39,275 nt of DNA from an uncultured Verrucomicrobiota bacterium (GTDB taxonomy: Bacteria; Verrucomicrobiota; Kiritimatiellia; RFP12; UBA1067), in contig CALZAJ010000002.1 of NCBI GenBank assembly GCA_945613785.1, positions 1 through 39,275 of the forward strand, read 5' to 3'. The notes beneath the pieces were generated by a model. That model did no database searches, had not been told where the DNA came from, and saw only the letters and a list, made by a program, of their open reading frames with translations. Both the position numbers and the translations under genes were made by a program. The first letter of the stretch is position 1. Every line of letters begins with the position of its first letter. Positions 9,433 to 17,502 of this stretch are shown in pieces.

Positions 9433-12400
9433 ATGATTTCTAAGATCCTCTCCGTTCTCGCTGTTCTGCCGCTCGCGTCCGCTTTGGCCGGTGTTCTGGA
9501 CTTGACCGGTTCGCTTGAGTATCTCGGGAATCCCGCCGCCAGCCGTTGGCCGACGAGCGCGAAGTCACGTCACGTGCAGGATCTTCAGCCGCATCGGGGT
9601 AAGATCTACACCTCCGGCGGCGAGTGGGGCAACAATACGGGTCCGTGTCCGTGCTTCGCGGTCGATCCCTACTCCGGCGCCTTCGTGAACGAATTTGATG
9701 CCGGTACGGACGCGATCTACGAGTTCAAGGAGTTCTCCGACGGACGCCTCTACACGAGCGCCGTCGATCCCCATGAGAACGCGGCAAACATAGGACACAC
9801 TTTCCGTCGCGGCGCGACGGGCACCTGGTACGCCTACCGTAACTGCCACGGCGGCAATCTCTCGGACCTTGGATCGTCGGGTTATCCGATCCACAACTGG
9901 GACATGGTGGAGTACGGGGACAAGGTCTTCGTCTGCGGCTACGGCATCAGCGGATCGACCAACCGTTGTGAGACCAAGATGTTCAACGCCACGCCGACGC
10001 TGACGTCCAGCAGCCGTAAGGTAGCCGCGGCCTCCTGGACCGATTCCAGCGGCGGAAAGTACAATGCGCCGTACGGCTACTCGCTCTACCGTCGCTTCTG
10101 TGCCTTCCTGCCGTTCGATGACGACCTCTTCTGCGTGACGACGCAGCCGACGCTCAAGAACGACCGTCAGACCTGGAACGAATGGGAGGAATGGCGGTGG
10201 GACGCGTCGCAGAAGCGCTTCAACTGCCAGACCAACACTTGGACGTACATCGCGCCGGGCGTGACGGATTCGATGATGGACATCTTCTCCTACTCGGACG
10301 GCTTGGAGACGCTCCAGCTCTGGCATCCGACGAAGTTCAAGAATCGCGTCCTCTACATCGTCGGCGGACACAACTACAACATCACGCCCATCGCCGCCTA
10401 CAGCGCCGTCAACGAGAACCACACGATCAAGGCGACACGCCTCGACCTCGGCGCAACGTCCGTGAAGCCGTTCGACATCTATGCGACTGCGGACGCCGTC
10501 TATCTCGTCGCCGCGCAGGCCGGCACGACGACGTCGACCGTCACCAACAGCGTCTGGAAGTCGACGGACGGCGTCGCCTTCACGCCGCTCTTCACCTTTA
10601 CCTCGACACGCCAGGCCTCCGCACTCTGCTATTATGACGGCGCGTTCTATTTCGGCATGGGCGCGAACGACTACACGAAGACCTGCTGGCCGAAGGTGAC
10701 GGGAACGGACGTCTCGGGCCGCATCTACCGCGTCCGCCTGCCGCAGGAGGAGAAGCCCTCGGTCGTCGCCGAAACGAATCAGCTCGCGACGGTCGAAGGC
10801 GGACAAGGTACGGTGCGCTTCCGTCTCGCCGCGCCGCCGAGTTCCGCGGTGACGCTCCAGGTGCGTGCGACAGGTGATGCCGCACTGCTCGTCGAGACGA
10901 CAGAGCTGACGTTCTCGTCCGAGGATTGGAACTGCTGGAAGCCGGTCACCTATCGTGTCGCTCAGGACGACGAGCAGGTGGCGCACCAGGTGTCGGCGCT
11001 GGTCTGCGGTTCGGAAGAGGCGTCGGTCACGTCGGCCTCCGTGAGACTGACGATTGAGGACGACGACGCGGATCGGGACGAAGAGTCGACCGATCCCGAT
11101 CCGGGTACGAATCCTGACCCGGGACCTAGTCCGGGCACGGACCCTGAACCGCCGACGACTTCGGTGAACTACTGGATTGCCGCGGAGGGATCGGACGGCC
11201 TTGCGTCGACGGCCGGCAACTGGTCCGCCGGCGTGCCGACGGCAGCGAGCGACATTGTCATCAGTCCGACGAATTCTTCGGTCACGCTCATCTGGGATGC
11301 CGCGGCGCCGCAGACGATCAACTCGTATCGTCAGTACGGACTCACCAATGAAGTCCGCACGACATTCTCAACGGAATTCCCCGTGCTGACGGTGACGGGC
11401 GACATGATCGTCGCGGACGGCGTCCTCACGCATCCGCGCGGTGCGGCAAACGTGAGCGCGAACGTCTCGCGTCTGAAGCTGTCCGTCGGTGGCGACTTCC
11501 TCCTCGGGACAAATGCGACGGTGAACTTGAAGGGCAAGGGACTCGCCGGCGGACAGAAGCCGACGGGTTCGACGGCGGGCAGCCATGCGGCGTCGTGCGA
11601 CGGCTATGCGAAGGTGTACGGCAACGTCTATCGTCCTGAGCATCCGGGTTCGGGCTCGAACGATTCCAACATGTGGGGCGGCGGTGCGTTGTGGCTTGAG
11701 GTCGCGGGCGCGGCGACGATTGACGGCACGATTACGGTCCGTCCGGAGGAGAAGGACGACATCAAGCAGCCCGCGGCGGGTTCGGTCTATGTGAAGGCCG
11801 CATCGTGTGCGGGTTCGGGTCACATCCTCGCGGATTATGCGGCGACGAGTTACTACAAAGGCGGCGCGGGCTCGGGCGGACGCGTCGCGATCGAGCTGAC
11901 GGAGGCGGCGACCCTCGGACTCGCGGAGAGCCACATCAGCGTCCATGGCATCAATGCCGGCGGCGCCAATGGTGGCGGCGGAACGATCTTCGTGAAGACC
12001 GCAGACGCGACGATGCCGAACGGTACGCTCATTCTCGATGACACGCGGGCGAAGTCCTATGGTGCGCGCTGGCACAAGCCGACGGCGGTGACGGCGATTC
12101 CGTCCGGCGAGACCTGGACCTTCGATGCGATCAAGATCAGGAACTACGGCGTGCTGGCGGTTCCGGCGGGCACGAAGCTCGTGTTGCCGAAGGGCGTCGC
12201 ATCCGTGACGGCGAGTTCGCAGCGTCTCGGCGGCATTCTCTATCAGGGAGGCGAGATCGACTTCGGCGAGGGACCGTATGAGTTCGCCCAGCCGTGGATC
12301 TTTCAGGCGAACAAGCCGTACACGTTCAACGGAAACGTGACGGTGAAGGCGGGCGGTGCGCTGGGCTGTCTGCAGTTCATGGGCTCGAACGATCTCTCGG

Positions 12401-13650
12401 ACTTCACGAAGTGCGATGTCATCGTCAACGGCGATCTCACGGTTGAGAAGGGCGGCTACATCTGGGCGGAAAGTGCGGGACCCGACCTGAACATCGACCG
12501 TACGACGAGTGCGTATCACGGCGGACAGACCGGTGTTCTCACGTATGCCGCGGTCTATGATTCGATTCTCGATCCGTCGCTCCCGGGCTGGGGCATGGCG
12601 ACGGGCGACCGTGCGACCTCGCAGCCCGGCGGCGGCGTTCTGAAGCTCACGGTCAACGGCGCGCTCACGGTCGATGGCACGGTGACGGCGTACGCGAACA
12701 AGAATTCAAACAATTCGGAAGGTGCGGGCGGAACGATCAACATCCGGGCGAAGACGCTTGCGGGCGAGGGTTCGATCATGGCGGACTCCTACAAGTTCAC
12801 CTCGCAGCAGTACGCGGGCGGTGGCGGACGCATCGCGGTGCGTCTGTCGGAACAGGCGGTCGGGACGGACGGCATTTTCGCGCGCATCACGGCGAAGGGC
12901 GCGACGGTCGTGACGAGTGGCGGCTACAAGCCGAATCACAGTTCGTCCGCGGGCACGGTCTATCTGCAGGGCAAGGATGACGCCGAAGGCGCGGGTACGA
13001 TTCGCGTGTGTAATGACGGCAACGCGCAATCGGTCGATCCGTACACGCCGTTCCCGTCGAAGGGGAACGGCGCGGAGGCAGTCGATGCGCTCAAGAACGC
13101 TTCGCTCTTCGTCGGCAGCTGCGCGAAGGTAAAGCTCTTCGAGGCGGTTGAGGTTCAGGCGTTGGCGTTCGACGCGACGGGCCGCCTCGATCTCAACGGA
13201 CAGACGCTGACGGTGGCGTCCGCGACGGTGAACGGCGAGACGCTCGCGGCGGGTACCTACAGGGCGGACGCATCGCGCACGTGGCTGGTCGACTCTTCGA
13301 CGGAGGCGGTCGGTCGGCTCGTCGTTGTCGGCGGGACGGCGCCAGGACTCGACCCTGAAGCGGACACACCGATTGTGTCGGGCAGTTCGGTCGGTGTGGT
13401 GACGTCCGGCGGAGGGACGGCGGGTGAGAGCGTGTTTTCCGTTTCGATTGGCAATGTGAAGGCGGGACTGTACTACACGACGTTCATCGCCGAGAATCTG
13501 GGTGACACGTTCAAGGCGTCGGACGGCAGCGTACGGGCGACGGCGGACGGTGGACTTGCCTTTGAACTCCCGACTGGCGGCAAGGCGTCACTCTTCGTGA
13601 AGGTCGTCGTTTCGAGTGCGCCTTATTCGGCGGGAGCGGAATTGAAATAA
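9433..13650 (+). CDS. Large secreted surface protein (1405 aa): beta-propeller-like N-domain, Calx-beta/Ig-like module, Pro/Asp linker, glycine-turn parallel beta-helix
   Basis: Signal peptide MISKILSVLAVLPLASALAG. Calx-like segment at 10759-11073 (TVRFRLAAPP...TFSSEDWNCWKPVTYRVAQDD...LTIEDDD). Linker DPDPGTNPDPGPSPGTDPEPP. Reiterated GGx[ILV] strands include GGRVAIEL, GGTIFVK, GGVLKLTV, GGTINIRA and GGRIAVRL. Confidence 0.85.
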   Translation: MISKILSVLAVLPLASALAGVLDLTGSLEYLGNPAASRWPTSAKSRHVQDLQPHRGKIYTSGGEWGNNTGPCPCFAVDPYSGAFVNEFDAGTDAIYEFKEFSDGRLYTSAVDPHENAANIGHTFRRGATGTWYAYRNCHGGNLSDLGSSGYPIHNWDMVEYGDKVFVCGYGISGSTNRCETKMFNATPTLTSSSRKVAAASWTDSSGGKYNAPYGYSLYRRFCAFLPFDDDLFCVTTQPTLKNDRQTWNEWEEWRWDASQKRFNCQTNTWTYIAPGVTDSMMDIFSYSDGLETLQLWHPTKFKNRVLYIVGGHNYNITPIAAYSAVNENHTIKATRLDLGATSVKPFDIYATADAVYLVAAQAGTTTSTVTNSVWKSTDGVAFTPLFTFTSTRQASALCYYDGAFYFGMGANDYTKTCWPKVTGTDVSGRIYRVRLPQEEKPSVVAETNQLATVEGGQGTVRFRLAAPPSSAVTLQVRATGDAALLVETTELTFSSEDWNCWKPVTYRVAQDDEQVAHQVSALVCGSEEASVTSASVRLTIEDDDADRDEESTDPDPGTNPDPGPSPGTDPEPPTTSVNYWIAAEGSDGLASTAGNWSAGVPTAASDIVISPTNSSVTLIWDAAAPQTINSYRQYGLTNEVRTTFSTEFPVLTVTGDMIVADGVLTHPRGAANVSANVSRLKLSVGGDFLLGTNATVNLKGKGLAGGQKPTGSTAGSHAASCDGYAKVYGNVYRPEHPGSGSNDSNMWGGGALWLEVAGAATIDGTITVRPEEKDDIKQPAAGSVYVKAASCAGSGHILADYAATSYYKGGAGSGGRVAIELTEAATLGLAESHISVHGINAGGANGGGGTIFVKTADATMPNGTLILDDTRAKSYGARWHKPTAVTAIPSGETWTFDAIKIRNYGVLAVPAGTKLVLPKGVASVTASSQRLGGILYQGGEIDFGEGPYEFAQPWIFQANKPYTFNGNVTVKAGGALGCLQFMGSNDLSDFTKCDVIVNGDLTVEKGGYIWAESAGPDLNIDRTTSAYHGGQTGVLTYAAVYDSILDPSLPGWGMATGDRATSQPGGGVLKLTVNGALTVDGTVTAYANKNSNNSEGAGGTINIRAKTLAGEGSIMADSYKFTSQQYAGGGGRIAVRLSEQAVGTDGIFARITAKGATVVTSGGYKPNHSSSAGTVYLQGKDDAEGAGTIRVCNDGNAQSVDPYTPFPSKGNGAEAVDALKNASLFVGSCAKVKLFEAVEVQALAFDATGRLDLNGQTLTVASATVNGETLAAGTYRADASRTWLVDSSTEAVGRLVVVGGTAPGLDPEADTPIVSGSSVGVVTSGGGTAGESVFSVSIGNVKAGLYYTTFIAENLGDTFKASDGSVRATADGGLAFELPTGGKASLFVKVVVSSAPYSAGAELK

Positions 13651-13653
13651 TCC

Positions 13654-13690
13654 GTAGGCGCGGTGTCTCCACCGCGCCTACTGTATTTGT
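13654..13690 (+). terminator. Intrinsic-terminator-like hairpin after the 1405-aa gene
   Basis: Perfect 12-bp stem GTAGGCGCGGTG / CACCGCGCCTAC with loop TCTC (13654-13681), followed by TGTATTTGTG. Confidence 0.55.
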
Positions 13691-13698
13691 GATATACT
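13690..13698 (+). promoter_or_regulatory. Extended -10 element TGATATACT upstream of the CNNM gene
   Basis: TGnTATACT ends 12 nt before the ATG at 13711. The same 18-nt motif recurs at 20555-20572. Confidence 0.4.
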
Positions 13699-13710
13699 TT
13701 GGCCAGATAG

Positions 13711-14976
13711 ATGATTGTCTGGTCCATAGTGTGTTTCTCGATATTGTTTTGTCTCTCGGCCTGTTTCTCGGGCTCGGAGACAATTCTGTTTTCATTGACC
13801 GAGGCACAGCGCGCGAACATTCGCGCGCGGGACAACGTTGCAGATCGGCGCATTGCGAAGTGCGTGGAGGATTCGGCGATGCTGTTGTCGACGTTGCTCG
13901 TGGGCAACACGCTCGTCAACTTCGCGATTGCGACCTTGGGCTTCAGCGTGTTCGTCGCACTGATGCCGACGTGGGGCGGCTTTCTTGCTGTCCCGGTGAT
14001 GACGGTCTTCCTGTTGGTGTTTGGTGAGATCACGCCGAAACGTCTGGCGCTTCGATATGCGGAACGGCTGGCGCCGGTGTGTGCGCGGTTTCTGCTGTTC
14101 TGGCGCACGGTTCTGACGCCATTCAACGTGGCGTTTCGATTTTCGTCACGTGCGTTTGCAGGTGCGTTGCAGCGTGAGCGGAGGGCGCTGTCGGACGCGG
14201 AACTGGTATCCGTGTTGGAAGCGGCGGCCGAACGCGGCGAATTCGCGTCCGACGACGCGGAGATGATCGAGGGCGTGCTGCGTCTGTCGGAGCTTCATGC
14301 GAACGACGAGATGACGCCGCGCGTTGACATCGAGGGCTACGACAGCGATTATCCGGAGACGGTCCGCAACGAGCGGCTTCTGTCGTGCCGTCACCGTTAC
14401 CTGCCGGTGTACAAGCGCACGCCTGATGCGATTGAAGGCGTGATCGACACGATGACGGGTGAGATTGAGGATGCGTTGTTCGTGCCCGAGGCGGTGACGC
14501 TCGATGACCTGTTGGTGACCTTCCGCAAGTCGAAGAAGCCGATGGCGATCGTGATCGACGAGTTCGGCGGCACAGCGGGCATCATTACGCTGAACGATGT
14601 GATGGAGATCATCATGGGTCCGGGCGTCTTCGGCAAATCGGATGAGGAGCCGTCGTTGGTGCGCAAGACGCGGAACACGTGGGTGATCGACGGACGCGCC
14701 TCGCTTGACGAGATTAACCGCGAACTGGGCGTCGAGCTCGAGGCCGAGGACGCGGACCGCCTCTCGGGCTGGGTCGCGTTCCATGCCGAACGCATTCCGC
14801 ACGTCGGCCAGCAGATCGAGGCGCAGGGCTGCCGTGCGACGATCCTGAAGCGCCGCAAGCACCGCGTCACGTCGGTGAAGCTCGAGGTGCTCGCCTACCC
14901 GGAGACCGACAGTGACGAGGAGCTCCTCGCGGAAACGGACGAGGCGGTCGAGAAGACTGAGGAGGAGAACCGCTGA
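13711..14976 (+). CDS. CNNM/CorC/TlyC-family protein (DUF21 transmembrane domain + CBS pair + CorC_HlyC domain)
   Basis: DUF21 signature CFSGSETILFSLT, a CBS-pair region (MTPRVDIEGY...ITLNDVMEII) and a CorC_HlyC tail (WVIDGRASLDEINRELG...DRLSGWV). Confidence 0.9.
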   Translation: MIVWSIVCFSILFCLSACFSGSETILFSLTEAQRANIRARDNVADRRIAKCVEDSAMLLSTLLVGNTLVNFAIATLGFSVFVALMPTWGGFLAVPVMTVFLLVFGEITPKRLALRYAERLAPVCARFLLFWRTVLTPFNVAFRFSSRAFAGALQRERRALSDAELVSVLEAAAERGEFASDDAEMIEGVLRLSELHANDEMTPRVDIEGYDSDYPETVRNERLLSCRHRYLPVYKRTPDAIEGVIDTMTGEIEDALFVPEAVTLDDLLVTFRKSKKPMAIVIDEFGGTAGIITLNDVMEIIMGPGVFGKSDEEPSLVRKTRNTWVIDGRASLDEINRELGVELEAEDADRLSGWVAFHAERIPHVGQQIEAQGCRATILKRRKHRVTSVKLEVLAYPETDSDEELLAETDEAVEKTEEENR

Positions 14977-15617
14977 TGGTCACGTTCCTCCTCATCGTCG
15001 CGACCGTCGTCGCCCTTGCCTCCTCCGCCTTCTGCGCGGGCGCCGAGACCGCGTTCATGTCCGTGAGCCGCGGCCGCATTACGCACCTCGCCCGCGCGGG
15101 CAGCGTCGCCGCGACGCGCGTGCAGGCCGCGCTCCGCGAGATGAACGTGACGCTGACGACGCTCCTCATCGGCAACAACCTCTCCAACGTCGCCTTCTCG
15201 TCCGCCGCCGCCGCACTCGGCACGCGGCTCTTCGCGCATTCGCCGGCGGGGCACGCGGGTTGGACCGTCGCGTCCGCGTTCACGGTCCTCTACCTGAGCG
15301 AGTTCCTGCCGAAGCTCTTCTGCTCGACGCGTCCCCTCACGCGTAGCCTTGCGCTCGCCGCGCCGTTCCGCGTCTTCACGCTCGTGCTCTCGCCGCTGAC
15401 GCGCTTGGCGATGGCGATCACGGGGCTTTTCATTCCGAAGGGTGAGACGAAGGAGCGCGTCACGTCCAAGGATTTGCTGCGCATCCTTCAGGACCGCAAG
15501 GACGGCGTCAGGTTGACTGATTTTGAGAGCGCGCTCATCTCGCGCATTCTTGTCATGCGCCGCAAGGGGGAGTTCATAACGGTTGAGGGCATCCTCCGGG
15601 CACTGGATGAGGAATAG
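14976..15617 (+). CDS. CNNM (DUF21) transmembrane-domain-only paralogue, apparently truncated before its CBS pair
   Basis: FCAGAETAFMSVSRGRI is a DUF21 signature. The start overlaps the upstream stop (TGATG). The ORF ends just after the linker that normally precedes the CBS domains, and the stop lies 62 nt before the 123-bp repeat. Confidence 0.8.
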   Translation: MVTFLLIVATVVALASSAFCAGAETAFMSVSRGRITHLARAGSVAATRVQAALREMNVTLTTLLIGNNLSNVAFSSAAAALGTRLFAHSPAGHAGWTVASAFTVLYLSEFLPKLFCSTRPLTRSLALAAPFRVFTLVLSPLTRLAMAITGLFIPKGETKERVTSKDLLRILQDRKDGVRLTDFESALISRILVMRRKGEFITVEGILRALDEE

Positions 15618-15679
15618 GGTGTCCCCGGAGGGGGGGGCTTCTTAAACGGCGCCCCAACGGGGCCGCCGCCGCGCCGAAT

Positions 15680-15802
15680 CGCCTCTCCAGCCCTTGTCCT
15701 GGTCGTCCTGGTTGTCCTGGAGGTCCTGTACAACGGCCGCTCAACGCGGCTTCGTTAAGAAGGCGTTGAAAGGCCCTCAAATCGCGGCTTCTCAAACGGC
15801 GC
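15680..15802. repeat. 123-bp repeat element, copy 1 (4 x 9-bp GTCCTGG iterons + tandem CGTTnAnAAGG site)
   Basis: Base-for-base identical to 17349-17471 by manual alignment. Confidence 0.95.
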
Positions 15803-15824
15803 CCTCTTCCCGCGGCCCTCTCTT

Positions 15825-15833
15825 TGCTATAAT
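15825..15833 (+). promoter_or_regulatory. Extended -10 promoter element TGCTATAAT for the histidine kinase gene
   Basis: Matches the TGnTATAAT consensus. It ends 9 nt before the ATG at 15843 with no Shine-Dalgarno sequence, and lies 23 nt downstream of repeat copy 1. Confidence 0.45.
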
Positions 15834-15842
15834 ATCGCCATT

Positions 15843-17336
15843 ATGATCGCCACCATTCTGCTTGCCGCCGCGTTGACGAATGTCACCGGCATTGTGACCT
15901 TTGAGCGCGCGACGTTGCCGTTTGTCTTCATGACCGACAACCAGGGGACGCATTGGCGCGTGGCGATGGAATCGGGAGAACGTCCGAATGTCAAGGTTGG
16001 CGATCTCATCTCGGCGAAAGGCGAGCCGGAAGATTCGATCAAGCGACGCCTCAGGGCCCGCGAGGTATCGGTCACGGGAAACGATCTCGCCAAACTTCCG
16101 CCGCCGCGTGTCGCGACCATTACCGAGATCTTCGAAGAGGTCATGCCCTACGGCGGCACCCCGTTGTATGGTAGCGTGATCGTCACGGAAGGCCTGGTGC
16201 GCGACATCAACCGTCGCCAGATGACAACGCAGCTATTGGTCGGTGAGGGCGACTACAACTTGCAGGTCGAGGTCCCGTGGGTGCTGGAGGAGGCCTTACC
16301 CTCCGAGTTGATCCAAGGTGCCACGGTCCGCGTGACCGGCAACCTCGCCTACACCTCGATTGAGAATCTCGAAGAGGGCGTCTTCGGACGCGCCGAGAAC
16401 ATCGAACTTATTCCCGTCTCAGGAAAGAACATTGAGGTCGTCAAGCGCGCACCATTCTGGACCGCCGAGCGACTGATGCTCGTCTTGGGCGGCATCGGTG
16501 TGTTCACGCTCATCATCCTCGCGTGGGCGGTCACTTTGCGGCGGATGGTCGCCAAGCGGACGCGCGAACTCGGGGAGTCGATTCGCGAGCGTGAGACCGA
16601 ACGAATCGAAGCGGATGCCGCGCGGCGGGAACGCCTGCGACTGGCGGCCGACCTCCATGATGGCTTCCAACAGTATCTCGCTGGCGCCATGTTCCGTCTG
16701 AAGGCTGCGATTAACTATCTGCCGAAAGAGGCAGAGAAGAGCCGTGATCAGCTCGCGAAGGTACAAGACGCCCTGCAGCATACCCAGAACGGACTGCGTA
16801 CGACCCTCTGGGCGATGAATGAGGAAAGCGAAGGACCGGAGTCCCTGATGGATCTCTTCCGCTTTACGGCCCGTCGCATGGGCCACTGGGATGGCGTTGT
16901 CGACATCGCCGCGGAAGGGGAAGAGAAGAAAGTTGCCAGAAAGAGCGCAGGAACGCTTCTTTTGATCATGCAGGAAGCCGTCGGCAATGCCCTGAAGCAC
17001 GGTAAGGCCCAACATGTGCGCGTACGTCTCTCTTTTAACGAAAAATGGCTAAATATGTCCATTATTGACGACGGACAGGGCTTTGCGCCTGAATTTGCAA
17101 ATCGCCCCGTCGGCGCGGGGTCTCCATCGGGCGAATCAAAAACCGCACAAAATTCGCGGTATTCAGCCGATTTTGGCACGATTTCGCTCAACACCTCGGT
17201 CTTGAGTAAGGCCGGTCATTATGGCATGGCCTCGATGGAGCGCCGCACCAATGAACTGGGCGGCAAGCTAGAGGTTTGGTCCAAGGGTGGCCTGGGCACC
17301 AAGTTGGTCTTCACGATCCCCTATACTGTGGCCTAG
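15843..17336 (+). CDS. Membrane sensor histidine kinase, HisKA_3 (NarX/LiaS-type) with a periplasmic double OB-like domain; no adjacent response regulator
   Basis: Two TM segments flank a periplasmic region of roughly 190 aa. H-box LAADLHDGFQQYL, N-box QEAVGNALKHG, DDGQGF, and GHYGMASMERR...GGKLEVWSKGGLGTKLVFTIP. Confidence 0.88.
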   Translation: MIATILLAAALTNVTGIVTFERATLPFVFMTDNQGTHWRVAMESGERPNVKVGDLISAKGEPEDSIKRRLRAREVSVTGNDLAKLPPPRVATITEIFEEVMPYGGTPLYGSVIVTEGLVRDINRRQMTTQLLVGEGDYNLQVEVPWVLEEALPSELIQGATVRVTGNLAYTSIENLEEGVFGRAENIELIPVSGKNIEVVKRAPFWTAERLMLVLGGIGVFTLIILAWAVTLRRMVAKRTRELGESIRERETERIEADAARRERLRLAADLHDGFQQYLAGAMFRLKAAINYLPKEAEKSRDQLAKVQDALQHTQNGLRTTLWAMNEESEGPESLMDLFRFTARRMGHWDGVVDIAAEGEEKKVARKSAGTLLLIMQEAVGNALKHGKAQHVRVRLSFNEKWLNMSIIDDGQGFAPEFANRPVGAGSPSGESKTAQNSRYSADFGTISLNTSVLSKAGHYGMASMERRTNELGGKLEVWSKGGLGTKLVFTIPYTVA

Positions 17337-17348
17337 CGGCTTCTCAAC

Positions 17349-17471
17349 CGCCTCTCCAGCCCTTGTCCTGGTCGTCCTGGTTGTCCTGGAGGTCCTGTAC
17401 AACGGCCGCTCAACGCGGCTTCGTTAAGAAGGCGTTGAAAGGCCCTCAAATCGCGGCTTCTCAAACGGCGC
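17349..17471. repeat. 123-bp repeat element, copy 2
   Basis: Identical to 15680-15802. It begins 13 nt after the kinase stop codon. Confidence 0.95.
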
Positions 17472-17502
17472 TCCAACGCAATTTCGTTGGATCGTCGTTC
17501 AA

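Noticed and set aside
9565-12519. 473-aa and 383-aa minus-strand ORFs (9565-10986, 11368-12519)
   Set aside because: These are antisense shadows of the 1405-aa surface-protein gene, with extreme Arg content and no motifs.
15574-15795. Collagen-like small ORFs (GPPGQPGRPGQG on the minus strand here; GPPGPPGPPG in 17487-17726; also 17276-17638 and 15488-15733)
   Set aside because: The Gly-X-Y appearance is a by-product of the 9-bp GTCCTGG/CCAGGAC iterons. The ORFs have no start context, overlap the ends of real genes, and read through non-coding repeat DNA in both orientations.
15680-17471. The 123-bp repeats as a CRISPR array, IS element or composite transposon
   Set aside because: There are only two identical copies, separated by 1.5 kb that contains an ordinary kinase gene. 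The repeats are direct rather than inverted. There are no cas, transposase or integrase genes, and I could not define target-site duplications.
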